In this document: positions 39,304-49,490 of the stretch, piece after piece
How positions within the stretch are numbered: the stretch's first letter is position 1
Layout: each line of letters begins with the position of its first letter
NCBI GenBank assembly: GCA_964234715.1
Contig: OZ174280.1
Length of the DNA stretch: 64,000 bases
Strand: one strand, 5' to 3'
Source of the DNA: Podarcis melisellensis
Lineage: Eukaryota
Program-made: the position numbers and the translations under genes
The notes under the pieces: generated by a model
Database searches by the model: none
The model's input: the letters and a program-made list of their open reading frames with translations, nothing else
Told to the model about the DNA's origin: nothing

Positions 39304-39794
39304 CCGCAGCGCCTCCTGTCGCCTCGACGCTCGGGGAGCTTGCGCGCCGCCACCTCGCTCTTTTTCCTTCCCCCTTTTCGTTGTTCAGTGAATTGAGCAA
39401 AGAACAATGAATACAAATCTCTTTTTTAAGACAGGAAGTTCGCCCGTCTTTAAACACTAGCGGGAGTCCAATTTGTATTCGAGTCCAACAACATTCAGAT
39501 TTGGCATATCGCTCGTTTTCTACCCGTTCTCTTTCCTCAAGGCTGCAATATCCTGCCCGGTTACTCATTTCATGGGGCTACATAAATGTATTATTCTCAC
39601 GGTTAATGCCACCTGTTAAGGGAACTGGGCCTCTTTCTACTTGGCATAATTTTGTTGTAAAAAATTGTTTTAATCTTGTCTGCCCCTCAGCATACTCAAG
39701 ACAGTTTACAATATGCAGTACGAGGTCTCCAAGCAGAGGCCATCAGATGAGGATGCTCCAGCTCTTAATTTCTTGAAGGGAAAGTTAAACTCAG

Positions 39795-39975
39795 GCTATG
39801 TTGCACACTATATATACCCTTAAAGCACATTCAAAGCACTATTTCCCTCAAAGAATTCTAGGGACCATAGTTCACCCTTACGGAATTACAATTCCCAGCA
39901 GCCCTTAACAAACTACAGTGCCCAGAATTCTTTGAGGGAAAGAATGTGCTTTCATGGTATATAGTAGGTAGCATA
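39795..39975. mobile_element. Older palindromic DNA-transposon-like element upstream of DEF6
   Basis: Inverted arms TTTCCCTCAAAGAATTCT / AGAATTCTTTGAGGGAAA; ends uncertain. Confidence 0.6.
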
Positions 39976-40820
39976 AGAGCTGACTCCTAGGGGCTGAGGT
40001 CCCTTCATACACACCCCAATAAAATATTTGAGGGAGTTGGGCCCCCCAAAGTAGATGGGATTACTAGTTTTAAAAGTTCTTTATCTAAAGGATGTGTCAA
40101 TATTGGAGTACAGAATATTGCTTGCTCTTTGGTCAACTTGTGTTCCAGGTTTATGAACCTGGTCTGAGAACTTAAATGCCAGAAGAACATACAAAGATAA
40201 AAAAGAGGCCTGAACACCTGGCAGTGCTCTAAGAACAAACAATTGTGGTCTAGGGAGGCTTGAAAAGACAGCACTGCACATGTTGTAACTGCAACAGAAC
40301 AGTGCAGTACTATTTGAGCTGGGTGTGTCTCTTATATTCATACCAATACAGCTCAGTAAAATGAGTAAAAGAATACAATTGCATGAGCTATATGCAAAAT
40401 GAACATATAAAAAACAAAGAAGCACCATATTGCCCATTCAGAGCAATGTTCACATGTCATGGCTAAGGCTGTTGTGATACAGATGACTTTCTCCCTGATG
40501 CTACAACAACAGAACGCCAATTTAGATGGAGGAATTCAGTATCCCCTACACAACCACAGGCAGTTCAAACAATAGATCAGCCTAACAGAATGAAATGCTG
40601 TTTGACTTGTCACTCATTCAGGGGGACCCAACAGGATTAAAACCCTGTATGGTAACATCGGTAGGGATCTCTGTTGGCTGCTTAACTTGATCACACATTT
40701 CTACAGCTTATTGTAGTGAAGTATGACCTGGGATGTAGGCACATTCTGCTTCGCGTCTCAATTCCTTAATAAGGAAGTCCAGGCAACTGCTGAGATAATC
40801 AAAAACATCAAGTCCAAAAT

Positions 40821-40826
40821 TTTATT
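40821..40826 (-). terminator. Probable ZNF76 polyadenylation signal AATAAA
   Basis: AATAAA on minus strand ~745 nt after the stop, followed by a T/GT-rich tract. Confidence 0.65.
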
Positions 40827-41569
40827 AAATACACATTTAGCGTCTTCCGTTATTTCAGAGAGTGAAAGAGGCAAATAAAATGTAATTAATACAAAGCTGT
40901 TTCTTCTCCTTTGCACGTCTGCTTCAGTCTATTTCACTTGCTGAGACTGGGAAGCAACCACGATAATTGGGAGGAAATGCATACAGCACAGCCATCACAT
41001 TAATATTTGTCCTTCTCCGGTACTGTGCATTTCAGTTTTTCTCAGAGAGTGTGTGACCGCTCCTGTGCCAACACTTTCTGCTCCCATGTATCTGAGGTAA
41101 GGAAAGTAGAGAGCACCCATCTACCCGTAATTCCTTTTCCTGAACTTTCTATGGCTAAAAACACATTTAATGCTAAAAACTTTAAAGAGATAAATCTCCC
41201 CGGCGATGCAAGTCCCATAATCTTATGAAGGCCATTCTAGCCCTCCAAGAAATGAAATACAAGTGCTTCCTCCAATAACGTTCAGCAGAAATTACAAAGG
41301 TCCAGAATGATAGTGTGGATGCCACCTCAGAAAGTTGTTGCACTTATAGGAGGAATATTTCTAAACCAAATCTTATCCAATTGTTCATGTAACTTCACCA
41401 TCTGTGCTTCTCAGTTATCAGCTCATTCATGCCGGACAGATGGCAGCAAATAGTAAGGGCTCTCTTCAGGTCCAGAAGGATAAGCACCTATCACTTGGCT
41501 TTTGAGTTGGAGGTTCTGAAGACTCCAGCGGTCCATCCAGCTTCAGTTGCTCCAGCTCCATGTGAGGTC

Positions 41570-41674
41570 TCAGCACCCACTGTTTGATGTGGATACCTTA
41601 AGAGTTGCAGAATCCTGTTGAATTGCTGAGGTTGACACACTAATGGCATCATCGGAGCTCTGCTGCTCTTTTAC
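41570..41674 (-). CDS. ZNF76: ZNF76 last coding exon (VKEQQSSDDAISVSTSAIQQDSATLKVSTSNSGC*)
   Basis: Strong ctttttctttttccag| acceptor; TGA at 41570-41572; resembles the recalled mammalian ZNF76 C-terminus ending SGC. Confidence 0.9.
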   Translation of the reverse strand, partial: VKEQQSSDDAISVSTSAIQQDSATLKVSTSNSGC

Positions 41675-41777
41675 CTGGAAAAAGAAAAAGACGGCATCAC
41701 TCTCAAGTTTGCTTGGCAGTTAAATAGAGTTGTGGTCCCATCTCCACCACCCACTGCTCCAAGTCATGGTGACTAAT

Positions 41778-42133
41778 AAAGGTAAAGGTACCCCTGCCCG
41801 TACGGGCCAGTCTTGACAGACTCTAGGGTTGTGCGCTCATCTCACTCTATAGGCCGGGAGCCAGCGCTGTCCGCAGACACTTCCGGGTCACGTGGCCAGC
41901 GTGACAAGCTGCATCTGGCGAGCCAGCGCAGCACATGGAACGCCGCTTACCTTCCCGCTGGTAAGCGGTCCCTATTTATCTACTTGCATTTAAGAGTGCT
42001 TTTGAACTGCTAGGTTGGCAGGCGCTGGGACCGAACGACGAGAGCGCACCCCGCCGCGGGGATTCGAACCGCCGACCTTGCGATCAGCAAGTCCTAGGTG
42101 CTGAGGTTTTACCCACAGCGCCACCCGCGTCCC
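41778..42133 (-). mobile_element. Full-length Sauria SINE
   Basis: tRNA-like head GGGACGCGGGTGGCGCTGTGGG...GGTTCGAATCC and (ACCTTT)n tail. Confidence 0.88.
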
Positions 42134-42780
42134 TAGGTCAAATAATTTTGAGGCCTGAGGCAGAAAATCTCACAAGCACTTCTTTCCCTCCCTAGCAGTA
42201 AAAATAAATAATAAAAAAATCAGAATAATCAATCTGCTAACATTTCATGACACCCAAAATCAATTGCCTGAAGCTGCCTAATGACAGCATGAAGTTGCCT
42301 AGTGTTTCCAAGTGAAATAAAGGAACACAAATGGCGGAAAAATATGTATTCGGTTAGGAGACACACAAGTGATGGTCAGGTTCATGGATTAGCACTAGGG
42401 ACGTATTCACAAACAGCTCTGCCTGCAGACTGAACACTGGTTGGTTATGGTGCACCGGTGGAACAAGTTCACTGGATGCTGCCCCGTATTGTCACAGACA
42501 TCATTAACTCCACTTTTGGACACCCTCTGTCTCTGGCAACTGAAGAGCCAACCAGCATTATCCAAGGAGATGGATTTGGTTATGGACTGTCCACTTGCTA
42601 ATCTCTGGCCTACGAACTGGCTCCAAGACAAAGCAAGCATCTAAGTGCAATTTGGCAGAGAGAAAGATAATATTAAAGACACGTAACTTTTCAAAGTAAA
42701 CATTGGATGCAAAGTTAACCACTGCTGGCTTTCTGTCACACACAAACTATTTTAAGACATTATATATATATATATAAAAC

Positions 42781-43017
42781 GATACCTCTAGTTACGAACT
42801 TAATTCGTTCCGGAGGTCCGTTCTTAACCTGAAATTGTTCTTAACTAGAGGCGTGCTTTCGCTAATGGGGCCTTTTGTTGCTGCTGCGCCGCCAGCACAC
42901 GATTTCCATTCTCATCCTGGGGCAAAGTTCTCAACTCGAAGTAACTCTTCCAGGTTAGCGGAATTTGTAACCTGAAGCGTTTGTAACCTGAGGCGTTTGT
43001 AACTCGAAGTACCACTG
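42781..43017. mobile_element. Tc1/mariner MITE, related family, left end eroded
   Basis: Shared TTAATTCGTTCCGGAGGTCCGTTCTTAACCTGAA body; right TIR ...GTACCACTG. Confidence 0.8.
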
Positions 43018-44766
43018 CACATTATTTGGAAGTAGATATGCAGAAACAGAAGTAGCTCAACGGGGAAGTGAAGAAACAGCATAGGAAGTTATGTGGAAAT
43101 GAAGTGATTGCGTGGTGGGGGAAAAAAACAGGTAGCAATGTAAAAGGGGCACAAAAGGAAATCAGGCAGCTGTGAACATAGAATATAGTCTTTGACTTCA
43201 TCTATCCCATACATCAGGGGTGAGGAACCTTTTTTGGCTCTGCAGGTCACAGCTTGATCAGGATGCACCTCATTGGTCAAATTTTACCCACTCGTCATTA
43301 TGGCATCACAACTGGGAGAGGGTGGAGGCCTCCACCTATCAAAATCCCTTTTGTAACTTTGCAAGTCTCCCCACGCTCCCCCTTCAAACCCCTGATGCCC
43401 CTAGAGGCTCAAACAAGACCGCAAGGGGCTATCTTAAAGCCTTTGCAAAACCTGTCTTTGAAGCAGCCCCACACTTTTCTATTAAAAGTCATGTTTAAAA
43501 TGTGGTTTTGGGGAGCTGCTTTGAATAGTACTTTGCAGTTTTAAGACAGCCCCTGTGCACTGAGCCTCTTAAAGAGCTTTGTCAAAGCACTCTTTGAAGC
43601 AGCCTCCCTATGTTTTTTAAATTGTTTAATGGAGGTGGGGATACTGCTTCAAAGAGCCCTTTTCAGCTTTAAGATGCCACCTCTCCAGCTCACTTAAAGT
43701 AGAAGGCAAAGGACTTTAATGCTTTTCAAATGATAAGCAATCCCGCTGCACAATCCTGTTCCCTGCTGGAAATTGGGTGCTCAGCCAATGAAGAATTAAA
43801 GCCTGTCCTACATAAGCTGATAGGCATGATTTGGGAGGAAATCACAAGCCAAATTGGACCCCCTGGTGGACCAAGCCTGGTGCAGGGCCAGAGGGCCCCT
43901 ACCGCTGCTATACAGAGTTACCTGGGAGGAAACCCCATTTAACTCAATGGACTGACTTCTTACAAGGGACAGCTACTTATGGTACTGTTCTGAATATAAG
44001 CTGTCCCTGAAAGAGATCACAGCCCCAAAATGAGATCTCTGAAGTCACAGGTTCCTTACCTGTAAGAGTGTGATTATAGGCTGCACTCAGGTTTTATACA
44101 AGCCAGATTTTGGGGGAAAGTGTAACCTGTATTCAGACCAATACAGTAATATTGCTCTGTATGACAATTAATTGTGTTCTTTGTAAATCCTAAAATCACA
44201 AGATGAAAAGAATACAGTACTTTCTGTGGTCTTTGAAATCCCTAAACATTCTACAAAAATTCACAAGAAAGGCAATTTCTCCTTATCGTAATTGATGGGG
44301 AACAAAGAAGTCTGAAACCCAGATGGAAGTTACCACGTAAAAAAAAAAAGTCTGCTCTCCCACTTTACTCCTCAAAGAACACAAGTACCTGGTTTCAAAC
44401 TGAATTTTAATAGTTGCTCCTTCACCTGATGCTTCAGTCTGGCTGTCCCGTTTGATTAGCTTTTCAAGAGCCTGCATTGTTCTCTGCTCAAATATTTGTA
44501 TGGTGCTCAATTATTTTTACACTTAAAAACCTGCTCTGTGTGACTGAAACAAGGGCTGCCAAGGAGGAGGAGTTAGTTTCATGATTGGCTGGTCTCTGTG
44601 TCAATCAATGCCCTAAAAATGTGGCTTCTGCTGCATAGTGGTAAGGCAGTATGAGGTCAGACTCATCACCTGTATGCATCCTTGGGGAGGGGGAGAAGAG
44701 GCTCTCTTCCAACGTGACAAAAACACCTGTGCCTGCAAACTCTAAGCAAGATGTGTATATGAAATA

Positions 44767-46878
44767 CAGTGGTGCCTCGCAAGACGAAATTAATTCGTTC
44801 CGCAAGTCTCTTCGTCTTGCGAGTTTTTCGTCTTGCGATGCACGGTTTTCCATAGGAATGCATTGAAAATCAATTAATGCGTTCCTATGGAAAAAGCCTT
44901 CCCCCGACCTCTTCTGGCGGGCGGCATTTTAAAATCGCCCGGGACAGCGGAGGACTTCTCCGCTGTCCGGGGCGATTTAAAAGCCCCTGGGAAGGCAGGC
45001 AGGGGGGACAAAGGCTTTCCCGCCCGGCCGCCCGGCTTCGGGACATCGTTCCGATGCCGGGCGGCTGGGGGAGGCGTTCCTGCCCCACCGCCCGGCATCG
45101 GGACGATGCCCCGAAGCCGGGCGGCTGGGGGAGGCGTTCCTGCCCCACCGCCCGGCATCGGGACGATGCCCCGAAGCCGGGCGGCTGGGGGAGGCTTTCC
45201 TGCCCCACCGCCCGGCATCGGGACGATGCCCCGATGCCGGGCGGCTGGGGGAGGCTTTCGTGCCCCACCGCCCGGCATCGGGACGATGCCCCGAAGCCGG
45301 GCGGGGGGGGGAGGCTTTCCCGCCCACCGCCCGGCTTCGGGACATCGTTCCGATGCCGGGCGGCTGGGGGAGGCGTTCCTGCCCCACCGCCCGGCATCGG
45401 GACGATGCCCCGATGCCGGGCGGCTGGGGGAGGCGTTCCTGCCCCACCGCCCGGCATCGGGACGATGCCCCGAAGCCGGGCGGCTGGGGGAGGCTTTCCC
45501 GCCCGGCCGCCCGGCTTCGGGACATCGTTCCGATGCCGGGCGGCTGGGGGAGGCTTTCCTGCCCCACCGCCCGGCATCGGGACGATGCCCCGAAGCCGGG
45601 CGGGGGGGGAGGCTTTCCCGCCCGCCGCCCGGCTTCGGGACATCGTTCCGATGCCGGGCGGCTGGGGGAGGCGTTCCTGCCCCACCGCCCGGCATCGGGA
45701 CGATGCCCCGATGCCGGGCGGCTGGGGGAGGCGTTCCTGCCCCACCGCCCGGCATCGGGACGATGCCCCGAAGCCGGGCGGCTGGGGGAGGCTTTCCCGC
45801 CCGGCCGCCCGGCTTCGGGACATCGTTCCGATGCCGGGCGGCTGGGGGAGGCTTTCCTGCCCCACCGCCCGGCATCGGGACGATGCCCCGAAGCCGGGCG
45901 GGGGGGGGGAGGCTTTCCCGCCCGCCGCCCGGCTTCGGGACATCGTTCCGATGCCGGGCGGCTGGGGGAGGCGTTCCTGCCCCACCGCCCGGCATCGGGA
46001 CGATGCCCCGATGCCGGGCGGCTGGGGGAGGCTTTCCCGCCCGGCCGCCCGGCTTCGGGACATCGTTCCGATGCCGGGCGGCTGGGGGAGGCTTTCCTGC
46101 CCCACCGCCCGGCATCGGGACGATGCCCCGAAGCCGGGCGGCGGGGGGAGGCTTTCCTGCCCCACCGCCCGGCATCGGGACATCGTTCCGATGCCGGGCG
46201 GCTGGGGGAGGCGTTCCTGCCCCACCGCCCGGCATCGGGATGATGCCCCGAAGCCGGGCGGCTGGGGGAGGCTTTCCTGCCCGGCCGCCCGGCTTCGGGA
46301 CATCGTTCCGATGCCGGGCGGCTGGGGGAGGCTTTCCTGCCCCACCGCCCGGCATCGGGACGATGCCCCGAAGCCGGGCGGCGGGGGGAGGCGTTCCTGC
46401 CCCACCGCCCGGCATCGGGACGATGCCCCGAAGCCGGGCGGCGGGGGGAGGCTTCAAAAGCCGTCCGGGGGCTTTTAAATCACCCCGGACAGTCCCGGGG
46501 CGATTTAAAAGCCCCCGGTTAGGCAGGCAGGGGGGGCAAAAGTCTTTGCCCCCCCTGCCTGCCTTCAAAAGCCGTCCGGGATAGCGGGAAGCGCTTCCCT
46601 GCTATCCCGGACCGCTTTTAAAATGCTGGCGGTGGGGAGCAAAGCCTTTCGCCCCCGCCGGCCTTCCTGGACCTCTTCTGAAGTCCGGAGGGGGGGGAAG
46701 GCTTTGCTCCCCACCGCCAGCATTTAAAAAAAGGTCCCCGAGATTTCCCTATGGGCTTTCGTCTTGCGATGCAAGCCCATAGGGAAAATCGTCTAGCGAA
46801 GCGTCGCAAAAACCGAAAAACCCTTTCGTCTTGCGGGTTTTTCGTCTTGCGAGGCATTCGTCTAGCGGGGCACCACTG
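44767..46878. mobile_element. 2112-bp non-autonomous Tc1/mariner (pogo/Tigger-like) element carrying an internal minisatellite
   Basis: TIRs CAGTGGTGCC(T/C)CGC(A/T)AGACGAA, TA duplication at 44765-66 and 46879-80, repeated subterminal TCGTCTTGCG motifs, no transposase. Confidence 0.9.
45012..46455. repeat. GC-rich ~60-bp minisatellite, 24 units, each with a 33-bp hairpin core
   Basis: Directly visible 60-nt periodicity; core GCCCGGCATCGGGACGATGCCCCGAAGCCGGGC and variants. Confidence 0.98.
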
Positions 46879-46881
46879 TAC

Positions 46882-46995
46882 CTGAACTGCAATATAAGTG
46901 TCCTTTGCTGTTGCTAGCACTGTCAGCTGCTGGTGATGGATGGATGCTGTGGGCAAATCCTTGGATGCCTTTGTCCCAGAAGTGACTAGTGTAAC
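46882..46995 (-). CDS. ZNF76: ZNF76 exon 13 (VTLVTSGTKASKDLPTASIHHQQLTVLATAKDTYIAVQ)
   Basis: tttcag| after an 85-bp intron; donor CAG|gtacag partly supplied by a transposon end; 114 bp. Confidence 0.9.
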
Positions 46996-47080
46996 CTGAA
47001 AAGTATCACATCAGCACAACCATTATATTAAAAAAAACACTTTCCCAGACTATGTCAAAGGTTTTAGAAGAAATGAGTAC

Positions 47081-47236
47081 CGGATGTATTTCAGTCCCAT
47101 CGGCGCCAATCATAGTCAGGACATTTGTACCATTTGCTGAAATATCTTCCTGGGGTACCGATACTGTTGTGCCATTCTGTGTTAGCATGGTGATATCACA
47201 GCCTAGTACTTGCAAGTCTTCAGGAGACAGACGGAC
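47081..47236 (-). CDS. ZNF76: ZNF76 exon 12 (VRLSPEDLQVLGCDITMLTQNG...MIGADGTEIHP)
   Basis: ttgcag| / |gtactc; 156 bp. Confidence 0.9.
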
Positions 47237-47876
47237 CTGCAAAGAGCAGGTGAAAATGCAGTCAGGCCAAATTACAGGCTGCAGATTAAAAAGAAAAGAT
47301 TCAAGCCGATTCATGGGCTGGGAGCATGGGGAATAGAAGTAGCAAAGTGACAAAAAGCTCATTCACACAGGCATGTTCTTCACCTGAAATCATAACGTTC
47401 CTTGCATACGCAAATGGTGAAAAACTGGATTACATCACCACTAATAGGAAGATATGGTAATAGAGTAATAGAATTGTAATGCTGAAAAGGACCATGAGAG
47501 GTATCTAGTCAACCCCTTGCAATGCAGGAATTTTTGTCCAATGTGGGGCTATCCCAGGCTCTGTGATATTCACCATTTTGAGGGGTTTATTTTACAATCA
47601 AGTGTATGGTGTATGTATTTTATGAAACAAACAGATAAATAAAACCCTGCTCTGCAATGTTCATTCACCCAAACTGGTGTGATTAGAACCCTTGTCCAAC
47701 TAAGTACCAAGGATGGGGCTAACATGATTTAAGTAGATGTTGCATGCAGATGTACTATAGCCAATGTTTAGGATTAGGGCATTTTCAGGGTAAAGATTAT
47801 CTGACCTGTCCTAGGTAACAAAACCAGAGAGTTGTTACCTCTGTGGATTTAGTTTCAAGTTCTGCAGACTCCATAC

Positions 47877-48004
47877 CTGCTCTGCTCCATCCTGAGATAC
47901 GAGAGTCACTGGCACAGCCCTGCAATCCTCCTGCTCCTCCTCGTGTTCCACCTTCACAGAAACAATACACTGGTGTTTCAGTGAAGGCCTATCAAACGTG
48001 GCAA
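47877..48004 (-). CDS. ZNF76: ZNF76 exon 11 (IATFDRPSLKHQCIVSVKVEHEEEQEDCRAVPVTLVSQDGAEQ); alternative in-frame acceptor at 48085
   Basis: Long pyrimidine tract ...ttctcccag|, donor |gtatgg; 128 bp, phase 1-0. Confidence 0.8.
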
Positions 48005-48122
48005 CTGGGAGAACAAGGAAAGGAGATTCAGCAGAGTGCTCTACTTGAGCAGCAGAGTGCATTGAAACAGCCTTGAAAAAGTTATCTGAAGGTAAGGCGG
48101 GAGCAGAAGGGAGCATTTAAGG

Positions 48123-48259
48123 CAGGCTTCCTCAATCTTGGCCCTCCAGATGTTTTTTGGCCTACAACTCCCACGATCCCTAGCTAGCAGGACCGGTGGT
48201 CAGGGATGATGGGAATTGTAGTCTCAAAACATGTGGAGGGCCAAGGTTGAGGAAGCCTG
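48123..48259. mobile_element. Palindromic hAT MITE in ZNF76 intron 10
   Basis: TIR CAGGCTTCCTCAA, perfect 8-bp TSD ATTTAAGG. Confidence 0.9.
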
Positions 48260-48366
48260 ATTTAAGGACAAGGAAGCACAAGGAAGCATGGCAATGAGCC
48301 AGGAAACGACAAGAATATATAGGCTCAAGGTATGAAGCTTCCCACAAAACTCTAGTGCCTACTCAC

Positions 48367-48597
48367 TTCTCATCTGCTGCTCATAGAGGGCCTGTTCACT
48401 CTCTTCTGTAGCTTCCAGCTCTCCATGCACAGTGCGCTTGTGCATAGCCAACGTAGAGGTCTGGCGGTAAGTTTTGCTGCAGGTGTTGCAGGTGTATGGC
48501 TTGCAGTGTGTGTGAACCACGTGGTGTTTGTAAAGGCTAGAATATTCAGTGAAGCGCTTCCCACAGCCTGGCACCAGGCATGCATATGGCTTCTCCC
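48367..48597 (-). CDS. ZNF76: ZNF76 exon 10 ([29 protein letters not shown]...[10 protein letters not shown])
   Basis: tcccag| / |gtgagt; 231 bp. Confidence 0.95.
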
Positions 48598-48711
48598 CTG
48601 GGAAATAAGGAGGAGGAAATATAAAGGAATGGGTATCTCTCACTTTGTGGCATAAAGCAAAGGCTGCAATCCCAGAACACACTTGCTAGGTAATAAGCCC
48701 CATTAAATATA

Positions 48712-48953
48712 CAGTGGTACCTCGGGTTAAGTACTTAATTCGTTCCTGAGGTCTGTTCTTAACCTGAAACTGTTCTTAACCTGAAGCACCACTTTAGCTA
48801 ATGGGGCCTCCTGCTGCCGCCGCGCCGCCGGACCACGATTTCTGTTCTTATCCTGAAGCAAAGTTCTTAACCTGAAGCACTATTTCTGCGTTAGCGGAGT
48901 CTGTAACCTGAAGCGTATGTAACCTGAAGCGTATGTAACCCGAGATACCACTG
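48712..48953. mobile_element. Tc1/mariner MITE, same family as 11661-11870
   Basis: TIR CAGTGGTACCTCGGGTTA / TAACCCGAGATACCACTG, TA TSD. Confidence 0.9.
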
Positions 48954-49310
48954 TAGTGGGGTTTACTTTCAAAAAGGTATAGGATTACACTGCAAGAGTA
49001 CTTTAAGCAATTGGGAAGGGGGCTTCAAATCTCACTCTACTTGTTTTTAGTAGTTCAATACACATTTTCTTTTAACTGGCCATCTTACAGATGACAACTG
49101 GTTCAAGCAAGCAAGCACACTATAGTTTCCATGTTAATCCCCCCAATGCAGTAATGTGTCACTGGGATGGTGCGTTACACATAATAAAGTTCAACCAAGT
49201 GACACCACCCCCACAGATTGTGAAAGTATACCACGCTGAGGATTGCCTGTATGGTGTTTCCCATTAATGAAATATGAAAATTAAGATACACACACACACA
49301 CAAATATTAC

Positions 49311-49490
49311 CTGTATGGATTCTCATGTGGTTTTTGAAGTTGGTGGCACTAGTGAACCCTCTCCCACAGTTGTGCTCTGGGCACATATATGGTCGCTCAC
49401 CAGTGTGTGTCCGGATGTGGACCTTCCGTATATTTGAGGTGGTGAACGAGCGGCCACAGCCCTCAAAAGGGCACCTGAAAGGCCTCTCAC
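49311..49490 (-). CDS. ZNF76: ZNF76 exon 9 ([25 protein letters not shown]...[13 protein letters not shown])
   Basis: ctgaag| / |gtaata; 180 bp. Confidence 0.95.

Larger units (their letters stand above)
38860..39445 (-). promoter_or_regulatory. DEF6 CpG-island promoter/first exon region with ETS motif (ACAGGAAGT 39431-39439)
   Basis: High GC and CpG density around the first coding exon; TSS not determinable from sequence. Confidence 0.75.

Noticed and set aside
38885-39568. Overlapping 100-227 aa ORFs at the DEF6 start
   Set aside because: CpG-island stop-codon scarcity; only the 96-bp exon has recognisable homology.
44050-44550. Donor-like CAG|gtaagg (~44059) and CAG|gtactt (~44388) in the ZNF76 last intron
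   Set aside because: No upstream acceptor gives a stop-free in-frame exon.
45012-46455. CRISPR-like or integron-like appearance (palindromic repeats at fixed spacing)
   Set aside because: The intervening sequences are near-identical linkers rather than unique spacers, there are no cas or integrase genes, and the context is a vertebrate intron.
44874-46584. 500-565 aa ORFs on both strands (Pro/Gly/Ala/Arg repeats)
   Set aside because: Open in nearly all frames because the GC-rich 60-bp repeat lacks stops; frames shift at poly-G indels; lies inside a non-autonomous transposon.
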